A stretch of DNA of 63,301 nt, counting the filler, from Reclinomonas americana ATCC 50394 (taxonomy: Eukaryota): NCBI GenBank assembly GCA_048213135.1. It is 44 parts of 44 records of this genome, joined end to end, with 100 filler letters (N's around TTAATTAATTAA, not from the genome) between each part and the next. Parts side by side here need not be neighbours in the genome. Positions count along the whole stretch, not along the records: positions 36,144 to 37,481 come from AFZH01025793.1; positions 37,582 to 38,916 come from AFZH01025794.1; positions 39,017 to 40,353 come from AFZH01025795.1; positions 40,454 to 41,789 come from AFZH01025796.1; positions 41,890 to 43,226 come from AFZH01025797.1; positions 43,327 to 44,661 come from AFZH01025798.1; positions 44,762 to 46,097 come from AFZH01025799.1; positions 46,198 to 47,533 come from AFZH01025800.1; 36 more parts are not named here. The stretch is one strand, 5' to 3'. Position numbers and translations under genes: made by a program. The notes beneath the pieces were generated by a model. The model made no database searches. It saw nothing but the letters and a program-made list of their open reading frames with translations, and had not been told where the DNA came from. Within the stretch, counting starts at the first letter, position 1. Each line of letters opens with the position of its first letter. Positions 37,123 through 49,127 of the stretch are shown here, one piece after another.

Positions 37123-37674
37123 AACTTAGAACTACCGATCGTACCGAAGTTCAGAGGCATAGCTTGGCTGCCGAGTTATTCTTTATACTTTTATTTCGCG
37201 CACTTGCTCCGTCCGCAGGAACGCTGTCCGCGTGTCCCGCACCAAATTGGCCCGCCGTTTCGACGATCGCACACCTCCCTTTGTGAGCATCTTGTGACAC
37301 GCTGATAGAGGAATGGCTTCCGCGGCGACTGCCACGCGCGTGCCGCTGCCTTTACCATCGCCATCACCTCGCTTGTCCAACGTTCCTCACACGCCCACCA
37401 ACACCACCACCACCAACAACAACAGCGCAGCGCACCACTTGACCACACAACAACACCAACAACAACCGCCTCCAACACTAANNNNNNNNNNNNNNNNNNN
37501 NNNNNNNNNNNNNNNNNNNNNNNNNTTAATTAATTAANNNNNNNNNNNNNNNNNNNNNNNNNNNNNNNNNNNNNNNNNNNNACTCGGAGCCATGGAGGAG
37601 GTCTCTCCTTTTCCCACTTTTCCTCCCCCTCTCCCTGTGTTATCTGCTCATCATCATCTTCTTTCGCCCCACAG

Positions 37675-38849
37675 TGCGTCGCTATCATTCGGGAGCTGCC
37701 ACTCGCCACCCTGCTCGAGTCGACGGCGTTTGCCGTGTACGCCGGTCTCCTCGACGGTCTCGCCCGTTTCCAGGGTCCGCTGTTCGACCGCTCCGAGCAC
37801 CTACTGGCCTTCCAAGTCATTGTCGATGGTCTCGCCGCCTGCAACGGACAGTGGTCGGTGGCCATGTCGTCGTTTGGGCGTCGCAGCATCATCTCGGTGA
37901 GTCGAGCAGTGTTGGGCAGACGGCGGCAAAACTCTCTTCTGTTGTCCTCACGCTGAAACAGCCGGGTGCGGTGGATGTGGGTGGGTTTGAGACGGCGGTC
38001 CCAGAAGAGGCCGCCACCGGTGACAATGTCGACGAAGAAGAGGTGGTCGCCGAGGTGACGAGTGCTGGTGCGTCCGAAACCACATGTCGCTACACTTGTC
38101 GCCATGGTGTTGTTGCTCATCACCGTGCAGTGGAACAATCACACTCGCTGCGCTGGCTCACCAACTGGTTGAGTTCACCGGCCGCCGACCCGATCAGTGC
38201 ACGCCATCCACAGCGACTGCGGCACAGTCGCCTCAATCACTTGCGCAACTTTTCCGGAATCAAATCACGCACACTGCGGTTGATGAAGAGCGTGTGGAAC
38301 TGGGCGCACCTGAACGACGACGTACTTGAGCAAGTGCGTACTGCCGTCGCCGCTGTTGCTGCTGCGATGCTTGTCTCGCAGCCGACACGCCTTTGTGCAC
38401 AGGTGCTGGCCAACACCACCGATGTGGAGGACGACGAGGACTTTTACGCCGCGTGCCGACAGATTGATTTGGGGTCTGGCGAGCTGCTGCAGCGATTGCA
38501 TGTAGAGTTTGTGAACTCGCTTGAATTGCGCATGCTTGTGGCGGCACACACGACATCGGCGACCACTCGACGACGGATCGTCGACCGTGCGTGTGACCTG
38601 CTCACCTTTGCCTCCAACCTCATTGTTGGTTCGGAAATTTTCTGCCTGCCTGCTTTCTCCTCCACTCTCTTTATCCCTGCAACGCTCATCTTGCTACCAG
38701 GTGTGCCAGTGGCGCACGGGGCTGGCGACGGGGAGGACGAGGCGCCCGCGCTGGCCCACGGTGGCGAATTCTCCCACCGCAAGATCGAGGAGGCGTGCAC
38801 CGAGGTGTATCGCACCCTGCTGCGTCACATGGCCGTTGTGTTTCGCAAG
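37675..38849 (+). CDS. Uncharacterised helical protein fragment (multi-exon)
   Basis: Long ORF with internal GT-AG segments; no family recognised. Confidence 0.45.
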
Positions 38850-38851
38850 TT

Positions 38852-38910
<59 letters not shown>

Positions 38911-39016
38911 TGTCTCNNNNNNNNNNNNNNNNNNNNNNNNNNNNNNNNNNNNNNNNNNNNTTAATTAATTAANNNNNNNNNNNNNNNNNNNNNNNNNNNN
39001 NNNNNNNNNNNNNNNN

Positions 39017-40334
39017 AGTGCCCGGCACCTGCGTGGCACACGTGTTGTCCGAGGCGATGAAGAACGCGTTCGGATCCGACGCCGTGTTGCGCAGATCGCG
39101 ACCCGACAGTGTGACTCCGCGGTTCGACAGGCCAGACGGGATGTTGGTGATTGACGCACTCACGACCGACGCTGCGTGATGAAAAAGAAGGCAAAGTGAG
39201 GTTCTCATTGAAAAAACACCACAGAAAGCGCAGTCGCACAAACTTACCCAAGCGAACAGTCGTGAGAGAGCGCCAGCGACGCACAGTCGACGCTCCCGGA
39301 GTGTTGCGGCAGCGCTGGCACACGTAGTACGCGATGCCAGTGGAGGCACCGACGGAGTTGAAGGTGAGCTCCAGCGAGGTGTCGGGAATGGTCGAACTGC
39401 CAGGCTGCGGGAACTCAACCGACACAAAGTCGGCCAGCAGGTTGCAGGCCGCATCCGTGTAGACGCCAAACTGATCGACGTCCTTGGAGAAACCAAGACC
39501 GGCGACAGTGACGACGTTGAGGGTGTCGCGGTTGTAATGCACATGCACCGGCGACGGAGGAAGCTCGATCACTGTGACAACGTCCCACTGGATCACCGGC
39601 ACCAGAGACACGTAGCCAGGATACTTGGCGCAGATCCAGCGGCAACCAGCGGCGGCGGCCACCGACGGCGCACCAGTCGACAGCGACACCAGCAAGGAGA
39701 GTGCGGCATCCGACGACGAGCCGCTGACCGTGGTGAACGGCACAGGTCCACTGCATGTGTCGTCAATGGCCAGAATGACGTCACCCGGAGGGAAGAAGTA
39801 CGTGGGGAAGGGCACGCCGTGCGCCGCCAACACATTGATGGAGAGCGACAGCTGACCAGCCGGAGCGTGATTCTTCAACACATCCTCCGCACCGACCACC
39901 CACAGGTTGGAGAAGGGCTTCCACAGCGCCGACGCGCCAACCTGCTGGCACAGGAAGTACTTCCCGACCGGCGTGCCAAACGTGTTGAACGAGATATTCA
40001 TGGCCGTGGCGGTGAAGACATTCGTCGTCACCGTCGGCGCCGTTCCCGGAACCGACTGGCGACACTCGTCGTCGCCAAACACGCTGTAGGCGATGCCAAC
40101 GGAGAAGCCGGAGCCGGAGAGACCCAGCTCCACACCCGGCAGCTCGGCAAACACCACCAGCGGCGACGCCGGCGTGTCGAGCTCCGAAATCACTTCAAAC
40201 GAGACCAGCGGCGCGTACGTGGCCACATCGTGCCAGCGCACACAGATCGTGTACACGCCAGCGGCGACCGGGCCTCCGACGTTGAGATCAATCGACAGGC
40301 CCATGTGGGTTCTGCACGATAGCAAGTCAGACAT
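39017..40334 (-). CDS. Two-Cys TIG-like repeat surface protein, copy B (near-identical to 28943-30263)
   Basis: Same translation apart from a few residues (LQPAS vs PQPGS) and intron differences. Confidence 0.75.
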
Positions 40335-40453
40335 ATGTGTGTGTGTATCGCTCNNNNNNNNNNNNNNNNNNNNNNNNNNNNNNNNNNNNNNNNNNNNTTA
40401 ATTAATTAANNNNNNNNNNNNNNNNNNNNNNNNNNNNNNNNNNNNNNNNNNNN

Positions 40454-41491
40454 AGGCGAGTCGTCCACGCCAGAGAAATGTTCGCGCGCCGGCGACCCAT
40501 CATCCGTGATGAGATTGGTGCGAATCGGCTGCAACGCGGTCTTGGCCTCACGCGAGGCACGATCGTGCTGGCCGGCACGGAAAAAGAAGATGACAAGCAG
40601 ACTGGTGACGCCGGCGGCCAACCACGCGATTAAATACAAGAGCGTGAACCACTGGTCAAACGAGGAACCGGGTAGCGAATTGCGATAGACGGCCTCGGCG
40701 TACAGGACCCAGTAGATGCCAAGCGTGGCGCTGAGGAGTGCCAGTCCACCGGAGAAGACGGCAATCTTGTGAGGAGAGCGAAAAAGTGTGAGGCAGAGCG
40801 GGTGACGAATGAGGATGGTGTGATTTCGCACCTTGCGCACGACGGTACGCACAGACGCGCCAGTCTTGGTGCGCCGACAGAACGCCAACAGCGTGTAGAC
40901 GGTGAGGGAGCAGAGGATGACGACCTCCCACAGACTCAGCTGTAAGGTGCAGGCGATGGGTGGGCACGACGGGAATAGGGAAACAGGGCGGGAAAGATGA
41001 CCATGACGCACCGCCGCCTGCACGACACTCCCCATGGACCAATTGGCACCCGATTGCATGACCACGGAGATGACGGTCACCGACGAGGCCGTCACCACGA
41101 CCAGCACCCACGTGATGTGGTAGATGGACTTTCTCATGTTGGTGAGGACGCGCAGGAGGCGGAGCCAGAGGATGATGAGCACGGCGAAGAGCCAGTGGCC
41201 GAGGGAGTAGGTCTGTGAGGTTGCGGGCAAAGGAGAACCAAGTGAGATGAAAAGAAGAACAGGAGAAGGGGAGAACGCAAAGGAGAGAAATAGACGAGAA
41301 GGAAAGAGGAGACCGAGCTTAAAGTCAGGCGGAAGGAACGCAGAAGATGAAAAGCTCAGTCAGACAGAACGCTCGCTGGGTTGAGGGGTCTCGAGCGCCC
41401 AACGTACCGCCGTGTATAACTTGCTGAAGCCAATCAGGTAGCCCTTGCTGCAGAGCTCGGTGCGGAACATTAGCCCGTCGATGAATACGCC
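40454..41491 (-). CDS. Multi-pass (7TM/GPCR-like) membrane protein fragment
   Basis: Successive hydrophobic helices across GT-AG exons (TYSLGHWLFAVLIILWLRLL...KIAVFSGGLALLS...WFTLLYLIAWLAAGVTSLLVIFFF). Confidence 0.55.
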
Positions 41492-41702
41492 TGCAAGAAA
41501 TGTAAGCCCGCAACAAAGAGAATAGTGGACGAGAATGAAGGAACAGGAAAACAAGCGCAGCTGGAGTAAGAACGAACGAGCAGAACCGCCGCGTGCATAA
41601 GACACAGAGTGAGGGGAGGAGAGAAAACGATAAATAGGGAAAAGCGCGGGAATCAGAATGGGGATCAACAACAAGTACCACACGAAGGCCACACATTCAC
41701 GC

Positions 41703-41739
<37 letters not shown>

Positions 41740-43326
41740 CAGAGAGAGAGAGAGAGCGAGAGGACGGACGACAGCGGCCGAGAACGAAGNNNNNNNNNNN
41801 NNNNNNNNNNNNNNNNNNNNNNNNNNNNNNNNNTTAATTAATTAANNNNNNNNNNNNNNNNNNNNNNNNNNNNNNNNNNNNNNNNNNNNTCTCACTCTCT
41901 CTCATAGTTGCACTCATTCACACGTGCATGCATGCAGAGAGGGGGAGCGCAGTGTGCATGCATTGCGATTACACAAAGAGGAGGGAGTGGAGCAGCACAC
42001 ACACACACATACACGTGAAAGTGCGGGTTGTCCACACGACAATGCATGCGCATGCACGTGCAAGCGCCTTTGTGCAATGTGAAGTAAGAGTGCGTGATGA
42101 GGAACGCAACGTCCATGGTTGGCGTTCACGCGCGAATGGACTAAAGACGAATGAGTCATGTCGATCGATTTGCCGCGCAATGCTCTGCTCCTTCACACTC
42201 TGCTTGCTCTCCATGCCACGACACCAGCCGATCGTTTTCCTCACAAACAGTGCATTTCCTTTCACGAGCAACAGTCACAAATCAACAAAGATCTCCAGTC
42301 GAGCAAGTCCTCCTCCTCCCGTGCTCACTCTCTCGCAAGAGAGCAACGCAGTGCGATAATGGAAGAAGGAAGAAGCAGAAGAACAAGAAGATCCTTGAGA
42401 CACCCGTTGCCTCACTGCTGGTGGCTCTTGTTGTAGGCCTCGTAGTACTGGCGGCGAGTGCGCTCCTTCTGCAATCATGTGTGGGCACTCTCTCATCGTT
42501 CGCGCATGTGAGGGACGGACAGACGCACCGGCCAGTGGTAAGTGAACTTGAACACAATGGCAGCGGCAATGCCGAGGCCAAGGCCAATCACGCCTATTTT
42601 CATGCGAGTGTGATCAGTGAGCGACACTTTTGAGTAGCAGCAGTAGAGCATTGAATGCGTACCCTCACGGACAGCAGATGGGTTCACAGGCGGCATGGAA
42701 TGTCTGTGTGTTGTGCGAGAGAGAGAGAGCGATGAGAATCAGCACGGCAGGCGAGGCGCATCTTGCATGCATCTGTGCCTCAAACCGACACTTTTGCGCG
42801 TGACACACACAGAGACAGAGCAAAGAGTGCAGAGAGAGCGTGTGTGCGATGTGTGTGCGTGCATGTGTGTGTGTGACGCGACGAAAACGAAGAAAGAAAG
42901 ATATGCGGACGAGTGCACAGGCAATGTCAGTCACGCCATGCCTCACGCTCTCGCCACACCGCGCCTGTGCTCTCTCCACTGACAGCGCACCACTCGCCAA
43001 CACACACGCAGTCACTCACTCAACACACACAGAGAGAGAAGAGAAACAACAGCATGCACACAAAAAAACAAAACAATCACCGCGCATTCATCACGCACGC
43101 CACTCGCATGCAATGTAAACACGCACACACCGCGACGCCACACACACGCCGCGCACGCACTCACCAGCGCAAGATGAAAGAAAAGTTCACCAGCCCGACT
43201 CGACCAACGGACCTCCGTCGGTTAAANNNNNNNNNNNNNNNNNNNNNNNNNNNNNNNNNNNNNNNNNNNNTTAATTAATTAANNNNNNNNNNNNNNNNNN
43301 NNNNNNNNNNNNNNNNNNNNNNNNNN

Positions 43327-43553
43327 CGGCGGGCGCCGTGCAGCAGCCGGCTCAAAATGTCGCGGCCATACTGGTCGGTGCCGAGCCAGAACTGCGCGCT
43401 CGGCGGCTTGTAGCGCATCAGCGGCGCCATCTTCTCGGGGTCATGGGGTGCGAAGGCAGGCCCGACGACGACGACCAGCATGATCAGCCCGACGATGACG
43501 AGCCCCAGCAGCCCTTGCGGCGAGCGCAGCATGCGCCTGAGGATCTCAATCAT
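43327..43553 (-). CDS. dppC: Bacterial peptide/nickel ABC transporter permease (DppC/OppC-like), 3'-truncated
   Basis: MIEILRRMLRS...APHDP...PPSAQFWLGTDQYGRDILSRLLHGAR; ATG overlaps the upstream stop. Confidence 0.9.
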
Positions 43554-44493
43554 ACTGGATCCTCCGGTCGAGCCAGGCATAGGCGATGTCGGCAAGGAAA
43601 TTGGCGAGCGCGTAAGTCGTCGCCATGATCAGCGCCCCGGCCTGGATCGAAGGCAGGTCGCGCGCCTGGATCGCGACGATGAGCTGCCGGCCGATGCCGG
43701 GTAGCGCGAAGATCTCCTCGACCACGATGACGCCGCCGAGCAGATAGCCGACATCGAGCGCGACGATGGTGATGGTCGGCAGCAGCGCGTTGCGCAGTGC
43801 GTGCTTGAACAGCACCTGCCGCTTCGACAGGCCCTTCAGCCGCGCCGCGCGGACATAGTCGGAGTGCAAGACGTCGACGAGCTCGGAGCGCACCATGCGC
43901 GAGACATGGGCGATCAGGATCAGCGAGACCGTCAGCACCGGCAGCACGAGGTGCCTGAGGCCGCGCAGCGGGTCTTCGGTCAGCGGCACATAGCCTGTCG
44001 CCGGCAGCCATTGCAGCCAGTCGGCCAGCACCAGCACGATCAGCGTCGCGGTGACGAACTCCGGCAACGAGACGCCGACATAGGAGAGGAAGCCGACGCC
44101 GAGATCGGCCGCCCTGCCCCGTCTGACCGCGGCGACGATGCCGAGCGGGACCGCCACCGCCAGCATCAGCGTGATCGAGAATAGAGCGAGCAGCAGCGAG
44201 CGCCCGAGTGCCTCCAGCATCACCGGGGCGACTGGCTGGCCGGTGCGCATCGAGACGCCGAAATCGCCGCGCACCACCCCGGATAGCCAGTGCAGGTACT
44301 GCATCCAGATGGGGTCGTTCAGCCCCATCTTGGCGCGCAGTGCCGCCAGCGCGTCCGGCGTCGCGTTCTCGCCCAGCATCATCACGGCGGCGTCCGCCGG
44401 CAGGACCTGGGTGATCGCGAAGACGATCAGCGACACGACCAGCAGCGTGTAGCCGATCAGCAGGATGCGCTTGAGGACGTAAGCCGGCGACAC
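43546..44493 (-). CDS. dppB: Bacterial peptide/nickel ABC transporter permease (DppB/OppB-like), complete
   Basis: GLNDPIWMQYLHWL..GDFGVS, DYVRAARLKGL, HALRNALLP, EEIFALPGIG; no introns. Confidence 0.95.
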   Translation of the reverse strand: MSPAYVLKRILLIGYTLLVVSLIVFAITQVLPADAAVMMLGENATPDALAALRAKMGLNDPIWMQYLHWLSGVVRGDFGVSMRTGQPVAPVMLEALGRSLLLALFSITLMLAVAVPLGIVAAVRRGRAADLGVGFLSYVGVSLPEFVTATLIVLVLADWLQWLPATGYVPLTEDPLRGLRHLVLPVLTVSLILIAHVSRMVRSELVDVLHSDYVRAARLKGLSKRQVLFKHALRNALLPTITIVALDVGYLLGGVIVVEEIFALPGIGRQLIVAIQARDLPSIQAGALIMATTYALANFLADIAYAWLDRRIQYD

Positions 44494-44514
44494 GGCGCTG
44501 CGGTCCCGTCCGGC

Positions 44515-44661
44515 TCAGCCGCGCTTCGGCGCCTTGGCGCCGAGCGAGACATGGTCCAGCCGGAAGACGGCGCCGCGCGGATGCAGCTGATAGCCCTCGA
44601 CCCAGTCGCGCTGGGCGCCGAGCAGGTCGAAGAAGGCCGGGATGATCGAGGGGACCTCGAC
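44515..44661 (-). CDS. C-terminus of the ABC substrate-binding protein upstream of dppB
   Basis: VEVPSIIPAFFDLLGAQRDWVEGYQLHPRG...* and operon position. Confidence 0.7.
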   Translation of the reverse strand, partial: VEVPSIIPAFFDLLGAQRDWVEGYQLHPRGAVFRLDHVSLGAKAPKRG

Positions 44662-44761
44662 NNNNNNNNNNNNNNNNNNNNNNNNNNNNNNNNNNNNNNN
44701 NNNNNTTAATTAATTAANNNNNNNNNNNNNNNNNNNNNNNNNNNNNNNNNNNNNNNNNNNN

Positions 44762-45480
44762 GTGTAGCGGCGAGCTCATCGAGGTCATGGCATCGATGAG
44801 AGACAGATGCGCTGCGGCTGCAGCGGCGGCCACGCAGTTTCTGGACGACTTCCTCGCTGCCACGGCCCGTTTCCATTGGATGCCGCCCTTGCACGTACCT
44901 TCACATGCTGCTGGGTGAGAGGCATTTGCGTGCTGAAATGTTAACGTTTGTGCTGCTCACGATCATTCTCTCTCTATTTCTCTCGCCGTGGTATGATTCG
45001 CACTGCAGCCCATGCCCACCGGTCGCACAACAGTTGTTGTATGCGGGGAAGGATGTGATCGGTCCACTTCCACCACCGCTTTGGCCATGCATGTGGCCAT
45101 GGGCACATCTTCATGGCGATGTCGACATGGAGGCACAACCGCCGCCACCGCTGCCACCAACACCTCCGCCGGAGCCACCTGCACTTGTTGTTGCTGCTGC
45201 TGAAGCACCAGCATCACTCCTGGCATTGCCCGTGGTCAGCTCGGGCGAGGCCGACGCCGACGTGGTCGAGTTAGCGAAGCGTCCATGTGACGTGGTCATG
45301 CATATGGCCATGGGCGAGGTGGACGGTGAGCCGGCTCGAAAACGGGCGCGACACAACGGCAAGAGCGACTCCACTTGTACGGCCGCAGCGTCTGGTCATG
45401 GGTCGACGTCGATCGCCAGTCGGATGGACGTGGACCAGCTGGAGGATCCGGAGGAGGACGACGACTGCGAATTTGACTGA
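44762..45480 (+). CDS. 3' end of an unknown protein with a Pro-rich, acidic tail
   Basis: Exon ..FHWMPPLH|gtacct and a final exon ending DPEEDDDCEFD*. Confidence 0.35.
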
Positions 45481-46197
45481 TCGCGCACTTGGTCGACTTG
45501 TCGTTCGCTGTTGGAAGGCCGTGTGCGCCTGCGCTGCTTGCTGGCGATTTCAGCTAGCATATGCGTACTCGGCCAGCACGTTCAAGAACTGTAGCAGGAC
45601 TGTTGACAACTGTTGCTTGCTGTGGTTGCAGGCGTGCGAGACGTGCGTGCACGCGTGTGGTGCATTTGCCTGCATGCAGTCATTGTTCACTGATGGTTGT
45701 GTGTTCTCCGTGGATCCATCGCAGCACGTCACATCGCTCCATGCAAGGCGAACGCTCCATCGCCGTGGCACTGCCCGGTCGCCCGTCAATTGTCGGTGGT
45801 TGCGCCCCATGGCCAATGAAACGCTCGAGTGCTGTGGCCGGAGCGACATGCTCGAGCACCATCACCTAGCGACGCGCAACGATTGTGCGCTGAGGTGTGT
45901 TTCTGAGTGAGTGAGATGCCACGCATGCACGCCGACACGAGCGTTTCCACATCCCTAATTTGCGATTGTTGCTCCTCGCAGGTCGCTCACATCACTTGTC
46001 GCGCGCGTCGCGTCTGTCAATACGAGGCGTGATTGCACGCTCGCGAACACGAGGACTGTCGTGGACGCACAAACCGTGCCGTCCTTGTGTTGCTGGTNNN
46101 NNNNNNNNNNNNNNNNNNNNNNNNNNNNNNNNNNNNNNNNNTTAATTAATTAANNNNNNNNNNNNNNNNNNNNNNNNNNNNNNNNNNNNNNNNNNNN

Positions 46198-46229
<32 letters not shown>

Positions 46230-46868
46230 GGAACAGAGACAGGGAGGGGGAGAGGAGGGAACAGAGTTCGGGAACCGAGAGAGAAGGAGCAAAGAAACAG
46301 AGAGAGAGAAAGATTGAGACAGAGACAGAAAGAGACAGAGAGAGACAGAGAGGGAAGAGAGAGAGAGAAGGAGCAGGGCCATTGCGAGAGAGTGAGAGGA
46401 AAGAAAGACAGACAGAGACAGACGGAGGCAGGGAGCAGAGAAAGAAAGAAAGAGAGTGAAAGAGAGGATACAATGAGAATGACAGAGGAGAGTGCACACA
46501 CATAAACACACTGAGAGTGAAGAGAGGCAGAGAGGAGAAAGAAGAGAGTGAGGAGAGTGCAACATGAGAAGAGAGTGAGACGGAGAATTGACTGAATGCA
46601 AGAGCGCGTGTGCAGAGATGGGAAGAGAGCACACACATACACACTGTGTGTAAGAGAGAGAGAGGCAGATTGTGCGCTCACCTCATCGCGTGATGGACGA
46701 TGATTGTGACAGGACAACAAAAAACCTTTCGTGCGGCAGCACTTGCGAGCCCCCTGCCATCCCCTAACTCACAGGCAACTGAAGCTCCAACACCGATCAA
46801 TATCCTTTCCTGGTTTGCGGACTCGGTGAGTCGCTATCTAAGCTATGCAGACCATCTCGCTCCACCCT

Positions 46869-47533
46869 TCATTCCTCATCCTTGTCCTCCCCCTTCTCCT
46901 CCTGCTCCAACAACTCCCTCGTCTTGGCCTCCAGCTGCAACACCCTCCTGCACAACTCCACAATCACCCGCTGCTGCTCGGCAGCAACAGTACGTCGTTT
47001 CGCCACTGCCCGTTGCAGACGCGCCACCAAACGCTGTCGACTCGCATCACTGTCTCCCACTTCCTCTTCCTCCTCCAGCTCCTCCAGCTCCTCCTCCTCC
47101 TCCTCCTCCTCTACCACCTCTTGCTTCTCGCTGGGCCCGGCCGCCGCCGACGGCTGCGACATGGACTTGAGCGCCGCAAACTCGCGAATCATCCGGCGCA
47201 CGTTTTCGTGACCCGTGATAATCGCAATGTCGGCGGCCGTCCTCAACTGCAGCGTCTTCCTGGTCGCCAGTTCCGGATACGAGAGTACCAGCAGTCGTGC
47301 ACTGGCCACTGCTCCACACGCGGCGGCAATGTCAAGCGCCGTCAACTGTTCCTTCGCCAAGGCACTCAGCTCAGGATACCCCGAGCCCCAGCAGCGGGAG
47401 CGAGCCGCGAAAGGCGGGCACCGCTTCACGCTCGAGAGCAGCCAGTCGACCACGTTTTCCGCATTAACGCGCGTGGCCGCCATGAGAGGCGTCCACCCAA
47501 AGTCATCCGTGAGCAGGATCAACTGATCACCAA
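46869..47533 (-). CDS. Ankyrin-repeat protein with a Glu-rich coiled-coil tail, 5'-partial
   Basis: DDFGWTPLMAA...VVDWLL, TALDIAAACG..SARLLV, TAADIAIITGHENVRRMI. Confidence 0.85.
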
Positions 47534-47633
47534 NNNNNNNNNNNNNNNNNNNNNNNNNNNNNNNNNNNNNNNNNNNNTTAATTAATTAANNNNNNNNNNN
47601 NNNNNNNNNNNNNNNNNNNNNNNNNNNNNNNNN

Positions 47634-48973
47634 CTTGTCGCTGTTTTCTGCGGGAAGCAAGTCACCGGATGCTGCGCTGTAGTGGTGGGGTTGGTGGTGG
47701 CGAGAGCGGCGACGGACGCGGCCCTCCTCGTCACCCATGGTCGCATCGTCGCTCGCCACATCATCCTCCTCCTCCGCCGCCTCCTTTTCTTCCTCCTCCT
47801 TCTTCTCTTGGCGAACCTCGTCCTCGTCTTCTTCATCGTCTTCATCCTCCCTCTGGTCATTAGCGGGTGCATCAATCACCACAAACGAGGCACGACGCTT
47901 CTCAAACTCGGCATCGGCCGGCGGCTGCGGTGATGTCGGCGGCGACGGCGAAAAGTGGGCGTGCCGCGGTGGAAGCGGGGACAGTTCGCCCGAGCTGTTG
48001 TGGTGGTGCCGCCCGGAGGAGAAGCGCGCAGATTCGGAAGCGTCGGGCGTCACTGGCGACGGCGGCTGCGGCGTCATCGGCAGCGCCGACGTGCTCAGGT
48101 GCGGGAGGAGTGTATGGCTGGAACCGCCGCCGACAGAAACTGTCAGTTGTGCCGTCGACGAGGGTGGTGCATCGGGCGCCGGCGGCTGCAAGTAGGTCGA
48201 CACGGTGCCGGCGGTGTTCATGGACAGCTGCGACGTGATGCGTCGGCGCTGCACAGTAGGTGAGAGATCACACGGAGGGAAACAGCAAGCAAACAAAACA
48301 TGCTAGGGATGTGTACCTCAGACTCTTGTCGCCGACGTGCGACCGTGGTCTCGCGTGCATGCGGCGACAACACCAAGTCCTCGTGACCACTAGTCGGCTG
48401 GACGGCCACCGTGCGCCATGCAATCATAATGGCGCGCGGTTCGGCTGTGTCCGTGTCGGTGGCCGGAGCCGCCACCGCCCGCATGTCGCTGTGAGCGAGT
48501 TGCAGGCGCGACTTGGAGGCCTGCGCGCGGGTTGCGGGAAAATGAGGAGGAGACAGAGAGAGAATGAACGAGGAAGAGAATGGCGGCGCCAGCAGACCTG
48601 ATGCGAGAGATCCTGGCTTGCGCGCGCCACAAACTGACTGAACGACTCGGCGCGGTGCGCACGGCGCGGCGACAGTACCCGACCCGGAAGCGGTGGCGAC
48701 CGGCTGTGACCTGCTGTGGAAACACGTCGCACACACCCGCAAACATGCAGTGGTGAGCGCACAGAGGGAGCATTAGCGGGAACACACACAGAGCGACTCA
48801 CGTGATGCGGTCGGCGGTGAATGCAGCACCGACACGTGCGAGCGTGACGTGGTGCGACTCGCACGCGGATGCAGTGAGCGCGACATTTCACGCACATCCT
48901 CCGTGTGCTGCACCTCGCTCATGACGTGGTCGTCCTCGGCGGAGAGTGCCACTGCGCACACCACGTAGAATCC
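47634..48973 (-). CDS. Low-complexity (Pro/Ser/acidic) multi-exon protein fragment
   Basis: GT-AG-bounded open segments; no domain recognised. Confidence 0.35.
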
Positions 48974-49127
48974 NNNNNNNNNNNNNNNNNNNNNNNNNNN
49001 NNNNNNNNNNNNNNNNNTTAATTAATTAANNNNNNNNNNNNNNNNNNNNNNNNNNNNNNNNNNNNNNNNNNNNGTCAAACAGACTTGAGAAAACCAAAAA
49101 TATCGTGCCTCTCTCGCAAACACACAG

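Noticed and set aside
43327..44661. Horizontal transfer of a bacterial operon into the eukaryote
   Set aside because: The whole contig is bacterial with no junction to host-like sequence; contamination is simpler.
46800..46808. ATATCCTTT as a second U12 donor
   Set aside because: No recognisable interrupted gene on that strand and no TCCTTRAC branch site with an AC acceptor found downstream.
48700..48900. FYVE-like Cys motifs (RVCATCF, CVKC..HC)
   Set aside because: They come from a TG-rich intron and alternative frames; no R(R/K)HHCR motif.
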